51,295 nucleotides of DNA from an uncultured Mailhella sp. (lineage in GTDB: Bacteria; Desulfobacterota; Desulfovibrionia; Desulfovibrionales; Desulfovibrionaceae), in assembly GCA_964369875.1 (NCBI GenBank), contig CAYJHY010000001.1, positions 1-51,295 on the forward strand, read 5' to 3'. Below are positions 18,887 to 27,300 of the stretch, one piece after another (the first letter of the stretch is position 1; every line of letters begins with the position of its first letter). The notes under the pieces were generated by a model. The model saw nothing but the letters and a program-made list of their open reading frames with translations. It searched no databases and was not told the DNA's origin. The position numbers and the translations under genes were made by a program.

Positions 18887-19645
18887 ATGCAAAACGATGA
18901 ACAAAACGTACAACATCATCAAGAAAGATATGCCAAAGCCACGCAAAAAACGCCCTCACTACACGCAGAGCTAGAACACAACACCAGCCACGCCGTTGTG
19001 ATTAAAATTTATCTCAATATCCCCAAAGAAGAAAAGGACGATGCCAAAAGCCTTGGGGCAAAATGGGATAATAATGAAAAATCTTGGTACACCACCGACG
19101 ACAATCCCCATAAAGAAAAGCTTTTTGAAAAATGGCAACTCAATGAGAATCTTCAACAAAATAAAATTTTTCTGAGTGTTCCCATTGAAGAAAAAGATGA
19201 AGCCAAAGCTCTTGGAGCAAAGTGGGACAACAATCAAAAGGCTTGGTACACCACCGCTGACAATCCCAATAACCAAGAACTGTTTTCCAAATGGCCTAAC
19301 AAGCAAACGGAAGAAACACATAATGTTCCGGAAAAGATTTATCTCAATGTCCCTCGAGAAGAAAAGGACGACGCCAAGGCGCTTGGAGCTAAATGGGACA
19401 GCAAGGCCGTGTCTTGGTATACCACATCGGATAACCCTGCCAACGAAAGCTTATTCTCTCTTTACTCAAAACAAGATTCCACGGCCTTAAATAAAGTAGA
19501 TTTTGATAACGTTCGTACCTTGATAAATAATCAAAATTTTCTACAGCACCTCGGTAATAGTGAAGATGTTAGAAACGCCATCGCTACCCTTAATAACGCC
19601 ATAGATATGGTTTCAAGTGCACATTCACGCCCAAAAGTTGGATAA
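18887..19645 (+). CDS. Protein with three tandem DUF5710-type repeats
   Basis: Three copies of I(Y/F)L.(V/I)P.EEKD.AK.LGAKWD....WY at 19007, 19166 and 19337; AAGGA RBS before 18887. Confidence 0.8.
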   Translation: MQNDEQNVQHHQERYAKATQKTPSLHAELEHNTSHAVVIKIYLNIPKEEKDDAKSLGAKWDNNEKSWYTTDDNPHKEKLFEKWQLNENLQQNKIFLSVPIEEKDEAKALGAKWDNNQKAWYTTADNPNNQELFSKWPNKQTEETHNVPEKIYLNVPREEKDDAKALGAKWDSKAVSWYTTSDNPANESLFSLYSKQDSTALNKVDFDNVRTLINNQNFLQHLGNSEDVRNAIATLNNAIDMVSSAHSRPKVG

Positions 19646-19647
19646 TT

Positions 19648-20073
19648 ATGAAATACCTCTTTATAGTTCTTTGTTTGGCATCTTGCTTCTTTCAGTGCGA
19701 TGAAGCTCAAGCCGCCGCCGGTTGCCCCGAAGACTCTGTTGTCGAACAAGCAAAGAAAAAACATGCTGACTTTATTACCGATATGTATGACACGGCGGTC
19801 GGTCAACCAAGCGATTCAAGGGAAAGAGCGGCATGCCTTGGCAGTATAGAAAACCTCGGTGATATTTTTTCCATGGGGGTTTCTTTACCTTCCTTAGACA
19901 GCGTCATGGAGCAAGTGTGCTCAAAGGCAGACTCCATGCTTCAAAGCGCCATTAATAACGCCAGGGATAAAATTACTAACCTTAAAGATGAAGTAATTGA
20001 CAACAATCCTGTTTTTTCCGTGGTGATGTCTCCCGATAAAGTGGTTAGCGACTTGTTGGGGAATTTAAGATGA
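19648..20073 (+). CDS. IncI TraL-like exported Cys-containing protein
   Basis: Signal peptide; GC...ACL...VC spacing; operon context. Confidence 0.5.
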   Translation: MKYLFIVLCLASCFFQCDEAQAAAGCPEDSVVEQAKKKHADFITDMYDTAVGQPSDSRERAACLGSIENLGDIFSMGVSLPSLDSVMEQVCSKADSMLQSAINNARDKITNLKDEVIDNNPVFSVVMSPDKVVSDLLGNLR

Positions 20074-20579
20074 TTCACACACTCGTTCTTCTTTTATGTT
20101 GTTTTATCTTTAATGATGCGCACGCTCGTCCAAGTGTAACGGTCAACCATGCAAATTTCTTGGATATTGAAACCCTCTGCGAAGTTTCAACAGTGCATCA
20201 TGTTCCCCTATGGGCACTTCTCGGTATTTTGGCCACAGAGAAAGGAAAAATAGGGCAGGCTGTGCAAAATCACAATAAAACTTGGGACATGGGGCCGTTT
20301 CAAATAAACACTATCCATATCAATAACCTACTGGCCAAAGGCTTAGCGCCTACTTCCATTTTATCAGATGCCAAAGTAAACGCAAACATTGCGGCCTGGT
20401 TGCTTGCAGGCCATTTGTCAGAAACCAACGATATTTGGCAAGCTATCGGAAACTATCATTCAAGAAATCCAAGATATAACCACACATATATACAAAAGGT
20501 TTTTCAAAATGTCATGTATCTGCAAGACACGCAAAACTCTATTGATAACTTATTAGCCTATGTGAACGATGTGAGGTAA
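20070..20579 (+). CDS. Lytic transglycosylase (SLT, TrbN-like)
   Basis: ILATE, N.N.TWDMGPFQIN, AIGNYHS. Confidence 0.92.
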   Translation: MIHTLVLLLCCFIFNDAHARPSVTVNHANFLDIETLCEVSTVHHVPLWALLGILATEKGKIGQAVQNHNKTWDMGPFQINTIHINNLLAKGLAPTSILSDAKVNANIAAWLLAGHLSETNDIWQAIGNYHSRNPRYNHTYIQKVFQNVMYLQDTQNSIDNLLAYVNDVR

Positions 20580-20581
20580 AC

Positions 20582-21766
20582 GTGGAAAGCAGACCGACCG
20601 ACAATCCTATTTTATGCTTGGCATTAGCCCTTTTCTTAGTGTTTTTTGTATTTTTCCCAACGCTTTACAACACCAATAAAGAACTTTGTAATACCATGAT
20701 ACTTAAAGTCAGCCTTTTTCATATTGGCTTTTTTACGCATTTTTCGGACAAAGCCATTGAAAACTATTTAACCATACAAGCCATGGCACCTTCACATATG
20801 TCATGGAACGAAGTTTATCTCGTTTTAGCCTATACAGGAACGTGGGTAAAATATCCTTTTGCGGTGCTCTTAGCCTTGATGGGCACAATTGCCCTATGCC
20901 TCAACAAAAAATCCTTACTTTACCGAAAATTTAGCATGGATTCTTTGGCTAAACATAACCAAAACTTTTTTCCTTGCATCTACCCTGTTGTCGGTAAGGG
21001 AAAAGCACTGCAAACTATTGAAAGCTACGATTTAGGCTTATGGCAAATTGCTCGCACGCCGGCTCAGTTTTGTGTGGAACATCAGCTTGTCAACTATGCC
21101 GACGGCAAAGAAATTCCTTGGGAAGCAAGTTTTAAACACGGCATAGCAAATATGGATTTACCTGCGTACGGCAAAATGCTCTTACAAAAAAATAATTGCC
21201 AAGATGTATTCACGGCTCAACTTGGCCACAAAAAAAGAGCGTTTCACGAATTACCTATTTTAAGACAAGCTTTGGTCACAGCCTTTTTAGCCTACGGCAA
21301 TGACGACAAAGAAACTGCACTCAGTATTTTGAATACATGTTCCTTATCTTTTGTTGAAGATGAAAAAAGCGCAACATGCAAATGTTTTAGCGATAAAGAA
21401 TTTCTTTCCTTTATCAAAAAAAACTATGACAAGTACGGCCAAACCCACTCCAAGCTTATTGTAAGGCATTCAAGCTTCGAGTTACCGTGGATAATGTCTC
21501 TTCTTTATTTTGCTCGTAAAAAAGGAATTTTGGCTCCCAGTCAATTTTTATTTGTCAGACCCATCGACCGCCCCCTTTGGTATGCTTTGCATCAATGCGG
21601 TGGTCAAGTTGCATGGTCGGAAGCCTTGGCTCCATGGCTTCACTACAACGCAGAAGAAAGAGCAGAAAAAACTCTTGATGATTTTTCATGGGAAGACGCT
21701 CACCTTTTTATGGAGAATACCTTGGCTTCACAAGGTTGGCTTGAGGGGAGTGTGTCTAATGAGTAG
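20582..21766 (+). CDS. dotM: DotM/IcmP (TrbA-like) coupling-complex protein
   Basis: N-terminal TMs, F..QLG, ARKKGIL...F....DR.LWYAL; precedes dotL. Confidence 0.85.
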   Translation: MESRPTDNPILCLALALFLVFFVFFPTLYNTNKELCNTMILKVSLFHIGFFTHFSDKAIENYLTIQAMAPSHMSWNEVYLVLAYTGTWVKYPFAVLLALMGTIALCLNKKSLLYRKFSMDSLAKHNQNFFPCIYPVVGKGKALQTIESYDLGLWQIARTPAQFCVEHQLVNYADGKEIPWEASFKHGIANMDLPAYGKMLLQKNNCQDVFTAQLGHKKRAFHELPILRQALVTAFLAYGNDDKETALSILNTCSLSFVEDEKSATCKCFSDKEFLSFIKKNYDKYGQTHSKLIVRHSSFELPWIMSLLYFARKKGILAPSQFLFVRPIDRPLWYALHQCGGQVAWSEALAPWLHYNAEERAEKTLDDFSWEDAHLFMENTLASQGWLEGSVSNE

Positions 21767-23516
21767 AAGAATATTAAGAGGGGTAAGCGATAACCACGAG
21801 ATAAACAGAAATAAACTTCATCGTGATGTTCGTACCTTTCCCGAAAGAGTAAGAGCAGGCCTTGCCGATAGTGCTTTTCAAATCTTTATGATTTTCTCTT
21901 TCATTCCCATTATTTTTATTTTTCCTGCCTTTGCTTTACCGGGGCTCATTCTGGGAACATTCTTTTTTATTTTACGTTTGACTACGGCTCGTTTTGAACG
22001 CCTGCCTTTTAGAATGCCCCTTGGCACGGTGGGAGTCGACCGAAGCGACCCAAAGCCGGGAAGGAAAGGCTTTTCCAAACCGCAAGGAAGTTTTTTTGTC
22101 GGAAATTCCTTAACACAAGAAGAGCTATGGCTAAAAAAGGAAGACATACTCACCCATGCTTTAATCTTTGGAACAACAGGTTCGGGTAAAACGGAAACCC
22201 TTGTTTCTATGGCTTTCAATCCCTTATCGACAGGATCCGGGCTTTTTTATATTGACCCCAAGGCCAGCCCCAAATTAGCCGTACAGATTTGGCAATTAGC
22301 CAGATTTATGGGCAGAGATGATGACTACAGGGTTATCAATTACGGAACATCAGGGAAATCAAAAGGAAAATCCCCAAACAGATTTTCCAATACTACCAAT
22401 CCTTTCACCATAGGCTCGGCCGAATCTCTGACGCAACTTCTTGTTTCTCTTATGCCTGCCAGTGAAGGAGACAATGCTATTTTTGCGGACAAAGCACAAA
22501 ACCTTATTTCAGGGGTGATGTATGCGCTTGTTGATTTACGAGATAAGGGACTCGTCAAAATTTCCACTTCTAAAATTCGGCAAATGCTTCAAATTCGTGA
22601 ATGCGTCAAGCTTGCCATGAACCCAAACCTGTCCCCTCACGCCCAAGCCTCCATCCATGCCGCACTTGGCACATCGGGATGGATAAAAGGAAAAAGCGTA
22701 GATGAACAACCCGAAAGTTTTACGGAACAATTCGGCTATGCACAAGCCTATTTCGGTAAAGCGCTTTCCAGTTTGACAGATACCTATTCCCATATTTATG
22801 GAGCGGATGACGGTGAAGTCGATTTTTCCGATGTGATTATGCAACAAAGAATTTTGGTTGTGCTTATCCCTGCCCTTGAAAAATCCCCTCAAGAGTTGGC
22901 AAGCCTCGGAAAAATAAGCCTGAGTGCCATAAAAACCGCTTGTGCCGTCGGTCTTGGTTCTATCATTGAAGGAGATGCCAAAGATGTTTTGGAATCTTTG
23001 CCGACCCATTCCACCGGTATCGGACCTTTCTTGGTCATTGTTGACGAATACGCAGCCATTGTAACACCGGGCTTTGAAATTGTATTGACGCAAGGGCGTG
23101 GTCTTGGCATTGCCGCAATTATCGCAAGCCAAGATTATGCAGGCATTTTGGAGGCGGATAAAAAAGGCGCTCAACAAATGGTGGCAAATACCACCATAAA
23201 GATCTTTATGAAATTGCAAGATGCGGAGAAAACCTTTGAACTGGCAAAAAATCTTGCAGGTCAAAGCACTATTGTCCGCACTTCGGGCTTTACCATAGAT
23301 AAAAATGAAGAACTCAGTTCCTATCGAGATAGCTTAAACACCACGGTGGAAAAAGAAGATCGCTTGCACCTCAGAGACTTACAAGAGCAAATACAAGGGG
23401 AAGCGCACTTTATCTTTAATGGTGACGTCGTTGCCGGTGCAACTTTTTTTGCAAATCCCAATCTTGAAAACGCTCAACTACGAGTGCCACAACTTATTCA
23501 ATGTAAAATTGTGTAA
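21759..23516 (+). CDS. dotL: DotL/IcmO (TrbC-like) type IV coupling protein
   Basis: HALIFGTTGSGKTE, YIDPKA, SNT.NPF, VDEY, QGRGLG, ANT..K.FMK. ATG at 21759 overlaps the dotM stop. Confidence 0.92.
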   Translation: MSRRILRGVSDNHEINRNKLHRDVRTFPERVRAGLADSAFQIFMIFSFIPIIFIFPAFALPGLILGTFFFILRLTTARFERLPFRMPLGTVGVDRSDPKPGRKGFSKPQGSFFVGNSLTQEELWLKKEDILTHALIFGTTGSGKTETLVSMAFNPLSTGSGLFYIDPKASPKLAVQIWQLARFMGRDDDYRVINYGTSGKSKGKSPNRFSNTTNPFTIGSAESLTQLLVSLMPASEGDNAIFADKAQNLISGVMYALVDLRDKGLVKISTSKIRQMLQIRECVKLAMNPNLSPHAQASIHAALGTSGWIKGKSVDEQPESFTEQFGYAQAYFGKALSSLTDTYSHIYGADDGEVDFSDVIMQQRILVVLIPALEKSPQELASLGKISLSAIKTACAVGLGSIIEGDAKDVLESLPTHSTGIGPFLVIVDEYAAIVTPGFEIVLTQGRGLGIAAIIASQDYAGILEADKKGAQQMVANTTIKIFMKLQDAEKTFELAKNLAGQSTIVRTSGFTIDKNEELSSYRDSLNTTVEKEDRLHLRDLQEQIQGEAHFIFNGDVVAGATFFANPNLENAQLRVPQLIQCKIV

Positions 23517-23547
23517 TTTTAACCTTTAAATATAGACAGGAGTTTCC

Positions 23548-24255
23548 ATGAACAAACTTTTATCCACTGCCCTTATTACCCTTCAACTTCTTGTGTTTGC
23601 AAATCTTGCCCATGCAAACACAAAGGCCAAAGCCATGAACGAAGTACAGCAAGATATTGTTTCCCCAATTCAAATGGCAGGAAATAACAGGCTTTGTCTC
23701 GATGGCTCAAAGCCCGACGGAAAAGTGAAAATAGATTATTGGGTTGATTTTGAATGTCCGTATTGTCGAGTGCAAGATATTGTTGAGTTCCAACGGGAAA
23801 ACAAAGACGCATGTATTATTATCAGACACACCCCCTCTATTGGGCAAGGCTCAATGCCAAAAGCTTTAACCTACGAGGCACTCTTACAGATTAATGCCAA
23901 TGCGGCCAATAATTTTTGGAAAGACGTTTATCCACAAGGTGGCATTTCAAAACCCTATCAGTTGCCGGTGATGAATGCTCTCAATTCTCTTGTGATGACT
24001 CCCGAACAATTCAAGCCTCATATTGATAAAGTCAAATCAACCATCGAAAGAGACAATCAATACTCCACCACAATTTTAAGTTATACCCCGACTTTTGTTA
24101 TCGAAGGTATTCGCTTCACCGCTTGCGACTTTACAGCTTCACAATTGGAAAAAGTTATCCCCATTGCCAAAGCCGCACGTAAAGGCGACAAAGAAGCACA
24201 AGCAAAGATTGTGCAAATTATCGATAACGGTCTTAATAATAAAACTCTCCTATAA
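23548..24255 (+). CDS. DsbA/DsbG-like thioredoxin-fold protein (TrbB-like)
   Basis: Signal peptide, DFECPYC and cis-Pro loop YTPTF. Confidence 0.85.
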   Translation: MNKLLSTALITLQLLVFANLAHANTKAKAMNEVQQDIVSPIQMAGNNRLCLDGSKPDGKVKIDYWVDFECPYCRVQDIVEFQRENKDACIIIRHTPSIGQGSMPKALTYEALLQINANAANNFWKDVYPQGGISKPYQLPVMNALNSLVMTPEQFKPHIDKVKSTIERDNQYSTTILSYTPTFVIEGIRFTACDFTASQLEKVIPIAKAARKGDKEAQAKIVQIIDNGLNNKTLL

Positions 24256-24377
24256 TTTCCAAAAAGGTACACCTTTTTGGAAAATCATTCGGGCTCTCTC
24301 AAATGCCCTATTTACGTTTCCAAAAAAGCCTGTAAAAAGTAATTACAAAAAAGCCTAGACTTTTTTGTAATTACTTT
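24256..24377. other. Two perfect inverted repeats upstream of the helicase gene
   Basis: 13-bp arms at 24256-68/24271-83 and 18-bp arms at 24336-53/24360-77. Confidence 0.8.
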
Positions 24378-24394
24378 GTATAAAGGATCTATAA

Positions 24395-27300
24395 ATGGCA
24401 AGAAGAAAAACTTCACTTGTTCCGGGGCAATTAAGTCTTTTTGACGATATTGCAAAAATAGAACACACTCAACATGAGTTACACGCAGAAAACACAAAAG
24501 AAAACAATTTACTTGAGGAGATTTTATATGGCTCTCGACAAACAAACAGCACCCCTAGACATAGCACGCAGTCTTCTCAGTCAGAAGACAATAAGCGCTC
24601 TCTTTTCGATAGACGGACGTACAGTCATTCACTCATGGATTTTGGACAGGTGGGCACTCAACAGCCCCGAGAAGCTTCTTCAACTGGAGCAATCGGGTTA
24701 CCTCTTTCTACTCCAACGCCTGTGCGTTCAGGCGAAACTGGAAGAGAAAGCGATGGATTCGGAGGAGTACAACGACCTAGAGTTGATGGGGCACTCCAAG
24801 TGGGAAATCTTCCAGATGATAGGGATAGAGACAGAACTGGAGTAAACCCTAAAAATTTCCGACTGGATCCAACTGCTCTCGGTACAGGTGGGGCAAAAAC
24901 AAAGTTCCAGGACAATATTCAAGCAATAAAAACACTCAATGACTTAAACCATAGAAACGCCAAATTTGCCTCTGACGGTGAACAAAAAATTCTTGCAAGA
25001 TACGTGGGATGGGGCGGATTAGCTCAAGCCTTTGATAAGGACAACACTACATGGGAAAAGGAATATAAAGAACTCAAAGGCCTTCTTTCTCAAGAAGATT
25101 ACGAGAAAGCAAGGCGTTCCACTCAAGACGCTCATTTCACATCGGCAACCATAATTGACGGTATGTATCGAGGACTTGCAAGAATTGGCGTGAACCAAGC
25201 CGATAACTTAAAAATCCTTGAACCGTCCGCAGGTATCGGACATTTTATAGGTTTGAAGCCCGAAACCTTCAAAGCCGATTTTTACACAGTAGAGCAAGAC
25301 CCTCTTTCCGCAAAAATTCTCGACTACCTCTATCCCAAAGAACATAATATCCAAGCGAGCTATCAAGATTTAGATTTTGGTAGCTCGATTTTTGACGTGA
25401 CCATCGGTAATCCCCCTTTTGGAAATCAAAAACTTTTTGACAGAAATAATCCCCATTTGAACGACTTTTCCATCCATAACTACTTCATCGCTAAGTCAAT
25501 GGATTGTGCTAAAGAAGGAGGCGTTGGGGCTTTTGTGGTCAGTCGTTATTTTATGGACTCCCATAATGGTCAACATCGTGATTATATTGCTGAAAACTCT
25601 CACTTCTTGGGAGCAGTGCGTCTCCCCCACACTGCTTTTAAAGAAAACGCCTTGACGGATGTCACCACGGATATTGTTTTCTTACAGAAAAAGACTGCCC
25701 TTGAAAAAGAGCAAGGCATTACTCGTGGCTATGACATGACCCGCGTGGAACAACAATATGTTTTCGATCAGCAAAGCCAAGCCAACATGCCTGCCTATTA
25801 CAACAAATATTTTATCGACCATCCCGAACAAATCCTCGGTAAAATGGAATACACAAGCGGACAGTTTGGGGAAGAGCTAAAGTGTGTTCCCCCAGAAAAA
25901 CAAATACTTGATATGTCCATCATCAATGCTTTGCAAGCCTTGCCACGCAATGTGTTTGACAAGACTATTGTGAACAAAGAAAACAAAATACAAGCATCAA
26001 GTAGCACAGAAAAAGAACAAAACTTTATCCGATCCGAATACTTCCAAAGCCTCAAGCCAAACTCCTATGTTATAGTTCCGGGGCAACAAAAAGTATATGA
26101 AAAAGAAAAAGATGACTTTTTACAAGATACGCTCAAACCTGTAGAAACAAAAAGTGTAAGTGCCTTTAATCGGATTAACGGCATGATTGAAATCAGGGAC
26201 ACCTTACGAACCCTTATCAATTTAGAAAAATCCAATGAAGCGGACACCGTTATCGAAGATAAAAGACGTTTGCTTAATGCTCGATACGATCAATTTCAAA
26301 AAAGCTTTGGTTTTCTCAATTCGACTATCAACAAAAGTCTTTTTAAGTTTGACCCCGAAAGTTCTTTGATACAATCCCTTGAAAAAAATTACGACAAGGG
26401 TATTTCCAAAGAACAAGCAGAGAAAAGCGGTCGTATCCATAAAGAACCATCTGCAACGAAGTCCGATATTTTTTTCAAACGAGTTTTACGCCCTATTGAA
26501 GAAGCTACGCATGCAGATAATGCAAAGGACGCTTTGGCCATTTGTTTACGAGAAAAAGGAATGGTTGATTTTGCGAGAATTGCTTCACTGGTGAACAGTT
26601 CCGCGGAAAATGTGCAAAGTGAACTTCAAAATGAACGCCTTGTTTTCCTCAACCCTACTTCACAATTATGGGAAATAAAAGATAAATATCTTACGGGGAA
26701 CGTGAAAGAAAAATTAGCCATAGCCGAAAAATATGCCGAAGCCCAACCCGATAAATATCATACCAATGTGACCGCCCTAAAAGAAGTTATCCCTATGGAT
26801 ATTGAAGCGGTAGACATTGGCGTGCGCCTTGGTTCTTCATGGGTACCGCCCAGTGATGTTTTGCAATTTATTCGTGATGAAATTGGTCAACTCAATGAAT
26901 TTTCAACTCAGCTGGATTATATCCCACTCCTTGGGAAATGGGACGCAAAAATACAAATAAGAGATTTTGCGGCCAACAGAGAAATTTGGGGAACACCCAA
27001 CTATCATGCCGATGACCTCATTCAAAGCATATTGACCAACAGACCCATCAAAGTTGAAAAAGAACTGGGTCGTGATGATTTCGGAAAAATGATTAAAGAA
27101 ATCGATCAAGAAGCCACTGCCGTTGCTATGCAAAAAGCCAAAAGTATCGAGCAAGCTTTTAACGATTGGATTTGGAAAGACGATGAAAGGCGTGCAAAGC
27201 TTTCCAAAGTCTATAACGACAAATTCAATACCCATGTTGTGCCCAAGTACGATGGCAGTCATGTGGAATTGGTGGGTGCTTCCGAATCCATTTCTTTGCG

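Noticed and set aside
22536..23264. 242-aa minus-strand ORF
   Set aside because: It is antisense to the well-conserved dotL and has no recognisable motifs.
5416..23516. Legionella-type effector secretion (virulence) system
   Set aside because: No IcmS/W/Q/R-like adaptors or eukaryote-like effectors were recognised; the TraK, SLT, DarB, par and rep context points to conjugation.
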